Part shown: one piece after another, positions 1-10,926 of the stretch
Layout: every line of letters starts with the position of its first letter
Position numbering within the stretch: the stretch's first letter is position 1
From: Eledone cirrhosa
Lineage: Eukaryota
Direction of reading: 5' to 3'
Length of the DNA stretch: 64,000 bases
NCBI GenBank assembly: GCA_964016885.1
Contig: OZ024743.1
Span: forward strand, 243,536,001-243,600,000
The notes under the pieces: model-generated
Told to the model about the DNA's origin: nothing
The model's database searches: none
Seen by the model: only the letters and a program-made list of their open reading frames with translations
Translations under genes and position numbers: made by a program

Positions 1-84
1 GCAGAAACATTGGCTGAACTTCTGTAATCTGGCAATCACTGCCCTGACGATCATTGCTCTAACAAGCACTGCTTTGACAATCAC

Positions 85-1345
85 ATAATAATAATGAAAT
101 TATTGTGTAAAGTGCTCAGGTGCACTACAACTCGTCAAAGGTGCATGTATAGTACATAGAATAATATACAAATGTCAGGGAAGTGAATAGTGTATGAGTC
201 ATGATATACATGTGTGTATGTGTATGGAGGGGGAACATTAGGTGTAGTGTTGGCGAATCTCAAGAAGCATGGAGGTTTTAAAGGATGCAGTGTCTCGACA
301 GCTAACAACTGATGCAGGTAGTTTGTTCCATGCTTCAGCAACTCTGAGCGTGAAAAAATGTTTCCGAAAGTCATGGGAACTGTACTGTTTTCTGACTTTG
401 TGGGCATGCCCACGTGTGTTAGACACATGGAAATCAAAAAGGTACTCAGGGTTGTTGTTGGCAAGATGGTTAATAATCTTGTGGGTGTTTACCAAGTCAG
501 TTGCCAGGCGTTGGAGCTTCAATGTATCCATGCCCAGAGAAGCAAGGCGTTCAGAGTATGGTAGATGCCTGATGGAGGGTATTCGCTTGGTTGCACGTCT
601 CTGAACAGTTTCCAGGCGGTCAATGTTCTGAGCAAGATAGGGGTTCCAGATTGGTGATGCAAATTCTAAGTGGTGTGGCCGCACCATAGCCATGTACAGC
701 CTTAAATAGATATCTGGAGAGTGGCTGACAAAGGTCTTGCTGAGTGATGCTAAGACACCCTCGGCCCTCTTGACAATTTTAGAAACGTGCTTTGTCCAAC
801 ACAAATCGCTGCTGATCGTGATGCCCAGGTCACATTCACAAGAAGACTTCTTGATATTAGTGCTGTGGAAGGAGTATGTAGACGCTGGGTTTTTACTTCC
901 AAAATGCATGGCGGTGCACTTGTCCACAACTAGCTTTAGTTACCAGTCTGAGATCCATTGTTGCATTGTGTCCAGGTCAGACTGCAAGCAAGATCTATAG
1001 TGTTCAGGATCTGTCCTTTTTATCTCAAGGTACAGCTTGATGTCATCTGCGTACTTTAGTACTATGGCAATCTTTAAGTTGGCATCTATGTCATTAATAT
1101 ATGCCACAAACAAAAGGGGGCCAAGAACAGATCCCTGTGGTACACCAGATGACATCTCATATGGTGAGGAATGCTGTCCCAGAACCGTGACTACCTCTCT
1201 TCGACTGAGAATGAAGGACTTCAACCAGTTAAAAAGATCATCCTTCACACCAATTGCAGAGAGTTTTGCTATAAGCCTTTTGTGTGGCACAGAATTGAAA
1301 GCTTTTGCAAAGTCAAGGTAAACAACATCCACCCATGAGCCGCCA
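85..1345 (-). mobile_element. 5'-truncated CR1/L2-group LINE (RT domain, C-terminus, 3'UTR, (ATT)n tail), inactivated
   Basis: ORFs 940-1398 and 238-927 carry YLDFAKAFNSVPH, GVPQGSVLGPLLF, KYADDIK, VQRRATK, TRGH; in-frame stop at 940; flanked by ACAATCAC at 77-84 and 1346-1353. Confidence 0.92.
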
Positions 1346-1842
1346 ACAATCACTTTTCTAACAATTACTGCTCTGGCAATCACTTCTCTAACAATCACTA
1401 AAGTCCTACAAGTGATTACGTAGAGGCTCCCTTGTTGGTTGTTTTATAATGATGGTTTCTAAAATTCTATAGTTTTATCTTATATCATCTTATATATCCT
1501 ATGTTATACACCTTTTTCTATTGCAACATGAGTTAAAATATTCTTCCTAATGACAAATGATCATATACAAAGTGGAAACGGCGTCTTTTATCAAATTACA
1601 TAGACTAGACTAGGGATATGAAATGATATACCTCCAATCAGAGCTGAGGTGTGGGTATTTAACACCCTAGACTAGCTCTATAATGTATACCCCATTCTCC
1701 CAAATAAAATAATTTCAACTTACAGTCTAGTAAGATTACGAACCTAGTTTCAGACACTTATCAATGACCAAAGGGACTTCTGTTTGGTTGCTCGCCCTGC
1801 TAAGAACAATAACCAAGTCTTCCTTAGACCTACACTCTAGTG

Positions 1843-2156
1843 CAGGGGTGTGCAACATATTCCATTGGCGAGCATTGAACATTGGAACAACTATTAGGGC
1901 CATTAATATTTATTAAGTACTATTCCAAAGATTCACCAGAACTTCTTTCCATAACATGGAACTGGGAAATTATAACACAGATAACCCTATTAGTGAAGCC
2001 CTTTAGTATAGGTCAACTAACAGAAAGTTGTATTACGGTTATGAAAAAAATTCTAAATAAGCCTACAAGGTAAAAATTCAAAACGGTCATCGTGGGCCAC
2101 TCTGACTGGTCTGGCGGACCGGATTGTGGCCCGCGGCGGCCTGTTGCACGCCCCTC
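1843..2156. mobile_element. hAT (Charlie/Buster-like) MITE inserted into a SINE
   Basis: Ends CAGGGGTGTGCAAC / GTTGCACGCCCCTC; flanks CTCTAGTG / CTCTAGAA (8-bp TSD, 6/8, TCTAGA-type target); host SINE sequence resumes on both sides. Confidence 0.7.
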
Positions 2157-2424
2157 CTCTAGAATGTTAAAGAAATGAGACATTGGCAATATGATCCTAG
2201 ATATACTATATTTGAAAAATAAAAATACCTGGGTGGTCAAAGCTGGAATACATTTTGAACAGAGATAGGTCAGCTCGATCAGAGCTGATCTGGGGCTATA
2301 AATAAGAATCGTGAGCGGTTGAGTATCTTAGATTGAGGGTTTAAACTTTAGCTAAGTCACACTGCTGACATTAATAATATGATCATCGGACACAAAATTA
2401 TTTGGAAAATAACGACTTTAGTGT

Positions 2425-3284
2425 GGCGTTCCTTACTTTTAGCGGTGTCAAGAATGAAAGTAAATTTATTTTCATTTTCGATAGTTTATTTACATTTTGT
2501 GGTGTGTGTTTAAACGTGGATAATGAAAGTAAGTTTATTTTCATTTCGATTATTTATTTTCATTAAACCCAAAAATAACTTGATTGTTTTTCATGTTGTG
2601 TGTGTTGAAAAAAATGACATATTTAAACGTTTATTCGTATGAAATTTTAAATTACCAACCAGTGGCCTTGTCTCCACAGGCCACGATGATACTTTCTATG
2701 GACGTATTTCCATACGTCTATCTCGACAATAATGGACTCACCATTGTCATCGAATCCTCCAAGTTCTTGAGGATGTTCCTCCAAATACTGCTCACAAATT
2801 TCTCTAATGAAATTGCACCAGTCTATAACTGTCCGTTCGGAGACTCCCGTTTCTCTAATCATCTCAACTTGTGTGTGATCATAGTACCACATGTATATAA
2901 TACCAATAAGGTGATCCAGTCGCACATGGCTTCGTTCAAAAAAAGAATTCCGTCGTACCGATTGACTGAATTTGTCGCGGTTGCATCGCCATCTCCATTT
3001 ATCGACACCACCAGAATACCGGTTCAATCTGCAAGCCTCATTACAAACAGGACAATTCACACTGTTTGCCAACCACTGCAACACACACAGAGTGTCACCG
3101 TGTATCGCAGGTATTAGAGTAAAAATTGTTACATTATCATTAAGGATGTCATTTGCATCCAAAATATCATCAGCTAACGTAGTGCGACCATATACTCGTC
3201 CAGACATTTTTGTTATGAGAGAAACAATCGAAAATGAAAATAAATTTACTTTCATTCTTGACACCGCTAAAAGTAAGGAACGCC
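2425..3284 (-). mobile_element. Merlin (IS1016/IS1595-related) DNA transposon, internally deleted
   Basis: Perfect 58-bp TIRs (2425-2482 / 3227-3284) starting GG; perfect 9-bp TSD CTTTAGTGT (2416-2424 / 3285-3293); transposase ORF inside. Confidence 0.92.
2647..3207 (-). pseudogene. Truncated Merlin transposase (Zn-ribbon, HTH-like region, first catalytic Asp only)
   Basis: ATG at 3207; CPVC..WRWRC, SVRRNSFFE, VIDWCNFIREIC, IIVEIDV..HRKYHRG..QGHW motifs of ISXO2/Merlin transposases; stops before the rest of the DDE domain. Confidence 0.85.
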
Positions 3285-3349
3285 CTTTAGTGTTCCCCCA
3301 TAGAGTGCTTCTATAACTTACGTAAGCATACGCTAAATATTAATTATAA

Positions 3350-3352
<3 letters not shown>

Positions 3353-3417
<65 letters not shown>
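3353..3417. repeat. (TA)n microsatellite, representative of dozens in the window (e.g. 10490-10565, 30514-30600, 32120-32410, 51506-51551)
   Basis: Direct inspection. Confidence 0.95.
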
Positions 3418-3420
<3 letters not shown>

Positions 3421-3711
3421 TACTTTACGAAATTGATACGTTATGTATTTTTCGTTGAATAATATATTCGATTCTTGAAATATGCTTCTTTCTTTTTAGT
3501 TTTTAGTATGATGTTTAAAGCAAAGGTCAATAGTTTTGATCACTTAACCTTTCCACCAATTCTTATTCTTCAATGTCCTTCTCTACAACACTCTCTCTAT
3601 CACACACACACCCTCCTGCTTCTCTCTCTCTCTTTCGATTTTCTTCGCAATATAAACATCTTGAAATTTTCTAATTTAGCCTTCTTAATATTCTTTAACC
3701 GTCAATGTTTA

Positions 3712-3857
3712 AGTTAACGTGTGTGTGAAGTGTTTAGGGTAGATTATAGGTTAACGTATGTGAAATTCAGAAGACAGGTTATATGTCAACGTGTGTGAAA
3801 TTTTTAAGGAAGGTTATATGTTAACGTGTGTGAAGTTTTTAAGGTAGATTTTATGTT
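3712..3857. repeat. Degenerate ~36-bp minisatellite (GTTAACGTGTGTGAA..TTTAAGGTAGATTATA), about 4 copies
   Basis: Recurring GTTAACGTGTGTGAA at roughly 35-38 bp spacing. Confidence 0.7.
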
Positions 3858-4295
3858 AGTTTATAAATTAGGTGTTTTAGATATGGTTAACCTATCTTCA
3901 GGTGTCATTCAGTTGAAGGGAACTTAAATGCTGTGTTTTCTTTTCCACTGCCATGTGTCAACACACAAACATCCGTTTAAGCTCATTATTATAACATAAA
4001 AAGAATGAAACTATCCTGTGTAAAAGTCACCGGTAGCTCAGCTGCTATACTTGACACACATAAAACAAATTTCTAGTAAAGTATCAAATCCATGATAATG
4101 AGATAAATATTATTCAAGAGAATACCGTTCGTTAAAGCAGTGCTAGATTGGTATACATTATAAACTATATGTGTTACATAAATGAACATTGTAAGATTTC
4201 AAGAAAACATTGAAATCTTAATCTTCAAAAACACGTGACAAAGACATAACAAAGCAAAATAATGATAATCTGATGTTCAAAATATTTTCATCTAC

Positions 4296-4395
4296 CTTCT
4301 GGAGATTTTTCGTGGAAGCATTGAAATCTATATTCAATTCCTATTTTTTCCAGATAAGCTTTCGCTTGTTCCTCGTCCTTCAGATCGTAATTCAT
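4296..4395 (-). CDS. COA7: First coding exon of cytochrome c oxidase assembly factor 7 (SEL1-repeat mitochondrial protein); downstream exons not found in window
   Basis: ATG at 4395 gives MNYDLKDEEQAKAYLEKIGIEYRFQCFHEKSPE+G (100 nt), then a donor AG|gtagat. Closely matches the animal COA7 N-terminus as recalled (fly MAYDLKKESDVKEYVEKLGVEYRFGCYSEKKPE; human ..DFQDEEQVKSFLE..CYHEKDPDG). Confidence 0.88.
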
Positions 4396-4496
4396 CGCCA
4401 CTTTTATTTTCCTTGGCTTCACTTACACAGAGGCTACATGGAGTTACTTCCCTTAATTTGTCTAATAATTCTTTCTCACTCTATCTGATTGTTTAT

Positions 4497-5879
4497 CTGG
4501 AGGTATAAAAGAGGAAGGAACGAGAGAGCACCCTCTCTCTGTGCTCCTGAGGAGAAGGGGTTGCACACTTTTTTCGGGGGGGGGGGGGGGGGGGCGACCC
4601 CCTAAACGCCCCTCCCCATTGAGGACTTTATTGTTAATTTTATATTTGTTATTTGTTTTCTTTACTCGCCTTTTTGTGTAAACTCCCCCCTTGTATTTGT
4701 CCCCTTCTTTTGCGCCCTAGTGGCAATAAATAGAAATCTATCTAACTATCTACCTTTTTTCAAATACCACTTTGGAAGAAGAATCAGGGTGGAGAGAGAG
4801 GTGCTGTACCCCAGAAAGTTTTATGAAAGGTGGGTGAAAGTGGCGAGAATGGCCCGAGTGAATGGGCCTTCTCTCTACAGGAAAAAGAGGAAGAGAGGAA
4901 AGGGGTACAAACTCTTCGTACTCCTAGAGACGAGGGTTGCACATTTGTTTCGGGCGTATGTGTTATCCATATGAAATGTCTCCCCCTATTGGGGAAAATC
5001 GATTAATTTTTAAATTGCATTTGTGATAGTATTTTACACGGTTTTATTGTATGTAAACATCCCCCTTTGTATTTGTCCCCTTCTTTTGCGCCCTAGTGGC
5101 AATAAATAGAAATCTATCTATCTATCTACCTTTTTTCAAATACCACTTTGGAAGAAGAATCAGGGTGGAGAGAGAGGTGCTGTACCCCAGAAAGTTTTAT
5201 GAAAGGTGGGTGAAAGTGGCGAGAATGGCCCGAGTGAATGGGCCTTCTCTCTACAGGAAAAAGAGGAAGAGAGGAAAGGGGTACAAACTCTTCGTACTCC
5301 TAGAGACGAGGGTTGCACATTTATTTCGGGCGTATGTGTTATCCATATGAAATGTCTCCCCCTATTGGGGAAAATCGATTAATTTTTAAATTGCATTTGT
5401 GATAGTATTTTACACGGTTTTATTGTATGTAAACATCCCCCTTTGTATTTGTCCCCTTCTTTTGCGCCCTAGTGGCAATAAATAGAAATCTATCTATCTA
5501 TCTACCTTTTTTCAAATACCACTTTGGAAGAAGAATCAGGGTGGAGAGAGAGGTGCTGTACCCCAGAAAGTTTTATGAAAGGTGGGTGAAAGTGGCGAGA
5601 ATGGCCCGAGTGAATGGGCCTTCTCTCTACAGGAAAAAGAGGAAGAGAGGAAAGGGGTACAAACTCTTCGTACTCCTAGAGACGAGGGTTGCACATTTAT
5701 TTCGGGCGTATGTGTTATCCATATGAAATGTCTCCCCCTATTGGGGAAAATCGATTAATTTTTAAATTGCATTTGTGATAGTATTTTACACGGTTTTATT
5801 GTATGTAAACTTCCCCCTTTGTATTTGTCCCCTTCTTTTGTGCCCCTGTGGCTAATAAAGAAATATATCTATCTATCTA
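4497..5879 (+). repeat. Head-to-tail array of three near-identical 376-bp units plus one diverged partial unit; each looks like a non-LTR retrotransposon 3' end (probable L1/Tx1 group) with AATAAA and (ATCT)n tail
   Basis: Near-identical ORFs start at 4720, 5096, 5472 (period 376); each unit ends ..AATAAA(T)AGAAAT..(CTAT)n; FKYHFGRRIRVEREVL..KFYERW resembles ORF2 C-termini of Tx1-like LINEs (inference). Confidence 0.75.
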
Positions 5880-6765
5880 AAAAAATAAACTGTTTCTCCT
5901 CTTTTTTGCTCTTGAACCGAGGATGTAGATGTATGAAAATAAATACAGTAGCACAGTCCATTTGTTTCTGGTAATTCAATACCTACAGCTTCTCGTTTCA
6001 TATTAAATGCTCTCTGAAACAACAGATAAGTTTTTGAGATTTCAAATATATCTCATACAATTTTATGGTATGCAATTTTACTTGATTATACAAAAAAAGA
6101 TAGAGTGATGATCATATTCACCATTATTGGTAGCTTGACTCACTGAAGTGTCGAGTGATTCTTGCCTATTTGAGTGCCTTAGTCTTGCTATCGGCTGTGG
6201 CAGTGTCATGAGTGTCTTGGTTTGCCTCAAACATCTTTAGAGAGAAACACCAATGTTCCCTACTGTAGTCTGTAATTGGGTGTGCATGTCTTTTCTCGTA
6301 TTTTTTCTTCTTACTGATTCTTTTGTATTTTATTGATTATAAAACGTATAATTTAATTGAAATGAGATTTTAGTTTACACCCATATTCACTTAATTCACT
6401 GAAAATACAGAGTTTTGTCTTACTTAGTTGACTGAGCCATCATACAGTACATTGTATCATTCTCGACCAGCTATACATAAATTACAGATGGTTGTTTAGA
6501 TTCAAGGTTAGCCTTCATCCAGTAGACATATGTACAATGATATTCCAGCTGTGGATATTCGATCTTTTTTGGTAGAGTATAGGCATCTTTATATATATAT
6601 ATAGAAATGAGGTCAGATTTATAGTGTGGATTGGGTGCTTTTTATTGCTGCACCAAAATGACCATGTTACAGTGTGGACAGGGTACTCTTTCTCATGTCA
6701 CCAACACGACCATTTTACAGGTTGGACTGGGTGCTTTTTGTCTTGTCACCATCACGACCACTTTA

Positions 6766-6802
<37 letters not shown>

Positions 6803-7172
6803 GGAGACACGGTAAAAAGGCTCCCAGTCCACACTGTGAAGGGCCTCCAGCTGTAAAAACCTGCCAGAGACATCCGTACGAGCGAGACACGGTCTCCCGA
6901 CCATTCCCGCATCAAATGGAACAAAACCATTTAACCCATGCTAACGTGGAAGATGGACATTAAACGATGATGATATATATACATATATGTATAAAAGGAA
7001 AGAATCAACACAGTTAATAGTCATAAGTTATCCCATTGTACAATAATTCCAAATACAATCATTATGTCATTATGGTTCAAAACCCATTTCAAAGATTACT
7101 GGTGAAATTAAAAATAGGATGCTCCAACAGATTAATGAGCTAAATATATATTTTTTAAGTTGTAAACATACA

Positions 7173-7473
7173 TGATGGCTGACCCCTCATTATCGAGTAT
7201 GGCCATTGCACGATATAACATTATTAATAATTATTAATTAATGTTATCGTGCAATGCTTGTGCGTTAAGGTTTTTTTTTAAGTGAGGAAAGTCTGTGCAC
7301 TGGGCCAATCCCACTCTCTGAGCGACAGTAGCTATAACCCAAAAAGAAGAAAAGATCAACATCATCGGTAACTACTGAGCCGCAGGTTTTATGTCAGAGT
7401 TATCCCAGTTTCCCGAGGTGCCTTCTTCTAGAAGAATGCCCTGACAAAGGCTACGGCTCCTTCACTCCCAGTA
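7173..7473 (-). mobile_element. Short non-autonomous retroelement with RTE-like 5' segment; related copies at 53066-53478 (-) and 55223-55507 (+)
   Basis: Three similar copies; 5' part TAGCCTT..GGCATTCTTCTAGGAGAAGGCAACTC..TAAAACC resembles RTE 5'UTR motifs; shared 3' end GGCCATACTCG..GAGGGG.CAGCCATC. Confidence 0.6.
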
Positions 7474-7480
7474 GTTTAAC

Positions 7481-7536
<56 letters not shown>

Positions 7537-7557
7537 TTTATATATATATATATATTG

Positions 7558-8000
7558 AGGAGTACTCTAGCAGCTGAAGTGTATGATAAAGTTATATCTA
7601 TACAGTGTATGATAAAGTTATATCTATACAGTGTATAACTGAGACTGCACCAATGTATATAAATATAAACACATATCTAATATGTAGATGTGTAAACATG
7701 CCTGAAAATATGACTTTCCCTGTGAATTAAGAAAACGATAAACACCATTACTCAATTTTCAGATCTAAATGGATCTCCATCAGAAGGCATGTTGTCACTC
7801 AACCACAATTAAATCTGAAAATTGATTAAAGGTGTTAATTATTTTCTCAATTTACAGGGAAATTTTTATTTCTGGTGTGTTTACATTCCTACATATTAGA
7901 TATGTGTATATATTTATACACATTAATGCGGTCTCAGTTACACTCTGTATTTATACAGATATAACTTTATCATACACTTTGGCTGCTAGCATACTTCTTA
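7558..8000. mobile_element. Inverted pair of Penelope-like pseudo-LTR fragments; third copy at ~8836-9020
   Basis: Arms ~7558-7770 and ~7808-8000 are diverged reverse complements; left arm carries a degenerate hammerhead (CUGAUGG core) on the minus strand. Confidence 0.6.
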
Positions 8001-8021
8001 CTATATATCTTAATATATATC

Positions 8022-8730
8022 CGAACAGCAATGTTACATGGTAGTGAGACCTGGGTGCTGAAGGTGGAAGACTTACGTAGATTAGAGAGAAACGAAGCCT
8101 ACATGCTCCGATGGATGTGTAATAGTAATATACGCGAACGACAAAGCATAAATGAATTGAGAGAGAGACTGAGCATAAGAGGAATCAAATGCTGTGTGCA
8201 GGAGAGGCGGTTGCGTTGGTATGGACATGTGATGCGTATGAAGGATGACAGTTGCATAAAAAGGTGCAGAGCACTAGAAATCGATGGAAACCGCAGAGTG
8301 GGGAGACCCAAGATTACCTGGGATAAGGTGATAAAAGCCGATCTTACCCAATTACACCTTTCAAAGGCATGACCGTGACCTCTGGCGTCACGCAGTAATA
8401 CAGAGTACCCGACCTCCCATGGGTACAAGCTGAAGCATATAGACAATATGCCCCCACACCCTCCCACTGCAAGGTGGTCGTGGAGGTGCCACGGCAAAAA
8501 AGCACCCAGCCCACACTGTAAAGTGGACGTGTAGGCGCCACGGAAAAAAGCACCCAGCACTCACTGTAAATGAGGTTGGTGTGAGGAAGGGCATCCAGCT
8601 GTAGAATTCAAGCCAAATCAGTTCCTGTATGAGCAAGGCATGGTCAGCCGACCAGAATCTGCCCACAACAGGACAACCCGTCTAACCTATGCTAGCGTGG
8701 AAGAACGGACGTAAAACGGTGATGATGATA
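8022..8730 (+). mobile_element. RTE-clade LINE 3' fragment (ORF2 C-terminus, 3'UTR, (GAT)n tail)
   Basis: MLHGSETW..LERNE..MLRWMC..RRLRWYGHVMR..GRPK.TW; 3' end AACCTATGCTAGCGTGGAA..GGACGTAAAAC GGTGATGATG. Confidence 0.88.
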
Positions 8731-8839
8731 TATATCAATATGAGCACTAATTATATGCAAATTAGGATGTCTATTTCAGAATAATACTAAGAGAAAATGG
8801 GTATATACACCTATCAAATACATGTCTCCTTATATACAC

Positions 8840-8888
8840 ATGCCTTCTGATGAAGATCCAATTAGGTCTGAAAATTGATTAAAGGTGT
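8840..8888 (+). ncRNA. Minimal type I hammerhead ribozyme motif (Penelope-type)
   Basis: AUGCCUU-CUGAUGA-AGAUC(CAAUUA)GGUCU-GAAA-A(UUGA)U-UA-AAGGUGU: stems I and II pair and the core is intact. Confidence 0.75.
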
Positions 8889-9080
8889 TTATCAGTTTCT
8901 CAATTTATTTTCTGGTGTCTTTACACGCCTATGTATGAAATATGTTTATATATTTATACACAGTTTGTGCAATCTCAGTTACACACTCTGTGTTTATATA
9001 GCTATATCTTTATATGTTAACCATATATGTATGTATAAATATATGTATAGGGTGGAAGAAAGAATGAGAAATTAGAAAGA

Positions 9081-9416
9081 TTAACCCTTTAACATTCACA
9101 TAATTTTAATCCCGCCGAGGTTGACTTTGCCTTTCATCCTTACGGGGTCGATCAAATAAAGTACCAGTAATGCACTGGGTAATTGCTGGCCTTGTGCCTA
9201 AAGTAGAAACAATTATTTTATATATACTATTATATTTTCATGGTAAAGGCTTAACCTCATAATTATCTCACATAATATCGAATCTATCAGATTTTGAAAG
9301 TATTATTTTGAGAACAATACCTTAACATCAGTTTGAGCGACCAGTTACAGCTAGTTTCAACAGAAAGAGGTAGAGAATTCTGGCCGGTTTTGGCCAGTTT
9401 GAACACTAAAAGGTTA
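9081..9416. mobile_element. piggyBac-like MITE (TTAA-CCCTT...AAGGG-TTAA) with a SINE fragment inside; related copies 25506-25713, 43994-44202, 46970-47172
   Basis: TTAA-flanked short TIRs and shared internal sequence (CAGAATTCTCTCACCTC, GTTCTCAAAATAAATA). Confidence 0.65.
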
Positions 9417-10084
9417 AGACAACTGGCAGGGCGGAATCGAGGGGCCCAGGGACCAGCAGGGTGGAATCGGTATATATATATACATATATATATATGGATA
9501 CCGATTCGGCCCTCCTGGTACCTGGTCCGCTCAATCTTTCTAATCTCTCATTCTTTCTTCTGATGGAGGACTAGCGTCTGAAATGTTGAGACTCTCTTCA
9601 TCTTATTTCAAGCGTTAAACTAATATATTTCTTTCATATACTGTACTGTTTGTGTTGTTATTTCTGTTTACCTTTTACATATATATATGTATATATATAT
9701 ATCAAAGGTATATATTGAGTTAGAAACTCAAAATAGTCTCTTACAATTAAATAGCTCAAAGAAAGAGGTTTTTCTGAGCTATGTAATATAATTGAATATA
9801 AAAGACAGATAAACACAGATATAAACATATATGGTCCCTTACAATTTGAACACATATATGTTTATATCTGTGTTTATCTCTCTTTTATATTCAATTATAT
9901 ATATGTATATAATTATATAGAGAGAGTGTGTTGGGTGGTAGGGTGGTCTTGGAGAGGGAGAGAAAGAATGAAGCAGTATCTGGCAGTTCAGTGAAGGTGC
10001 ATCCATCTTTGGGTAGGATGTGAATGGGCGGGACATTAGGTGAGTGGGGGGAACACTATGTGTGAGGGATATATATATATACAC

Positions 10085-10330
10085 ACACACGCACATACAT
10101 CATCAATGTTTTTACATCCGTTTTTCCATACTTGCATGGATTGGATGGCTTTTCTCAACATGGCATTTTTCCACTCATCGTGATCCTTTGACATCTTCTC
10201 TGTAAGTCTCTGTGATTTGAGGTCAGCTCCCACAACCTCTGCCCAGGTTTTTCTTGGTCTAGCACTACAGCGGCTTCCTTCCACTGACACTTCTTCACCC
10301 AATGATCATTGTCCATATGAACGGCAGTCT
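10085..10330 (-). mobile_element. RTE LINE 3' fragment
   Basis: VEGSRCSARPRKTWAEVVGADLK followed by the shared RTE 3' tail. Confidence 0.75.
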
Positions 10331-10488
10331 TCTCTCCTGCACACACACACACAAACATATATATATATCTATATAGGAAAATTTTCAAGACCCCAACGGC
10401 AGAGCTCAAGCTGTTTCGACGGCTCACTCTACTACCCTAAGTATTGAGTACTCTGGTACATTATGGTCCACTACCACACTTCTTTCGT

Positions 10489-10564
<76 letters not shown>

Positions 10565-10569
<5 letters not shown>

Positions 10570-10900
10570 CACATGGCTTAGTGGTTAGAGCATTGGCCTT
10601 GCAATCGAAAGGTTGTGAGTTCAATTCTCAGACCGGGTGATGTGTTGTTTCCTTGAGCAAGACACTTTATTTCACATTGCTCCAGTTTACTCAGCTGTAG
10701 AAATGAGATGATAGGGACTTGGGTCCATATCATTCCACTGCAAAGTGATCGTGGAGGTGCCACGGCAAAAAAAGCACCCAGCACTCACTGTAAATGAGGT
10801 TGGTGTTAGGAAGGGCATCCAGCTGTAGAAATCAAGCCAGCATCAGTTCCCTTCCCACCCTTGCAAGCAGGGAAAAAGTGGACGTAAAATGAAATGATGA
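10565..10900 (+). mobile_element. tRNA-derived SINE with CORE-like body and RTE-type 3' tail; related pieces ~31090-31215 (-), 58320-58495, 61850-62085
   Basis: A box TGGCTTAGTGG, B box GAGTTCAATTC, CCTTGAGCAAGACACTTTA core; 3' half matches the RTE 3'UTR at 8465-8730. Confidence 0.8.
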
Positions 10901-10926
10901 AAAATGAAATGATATATATATATATA

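Noticed and set aside
4720-5726. Three near-identical 84-aa ORFs as a tandem gene family
   Set aside because: They have GTG starts, span the repeat junction and microsatellite tail, and are better explained as retroelement 3' ends.
4497-5879. 376-bp array as a hammerhead retrozyme
   Set aside because: The unit size fits, but I found no CUGANGA/GAAA core with pairing stems on either strand.
10565-10640. tRNA gene
   Set aside because: A/B boxes are present but run into a SINE body, with no intact cloverleaf or terminator.
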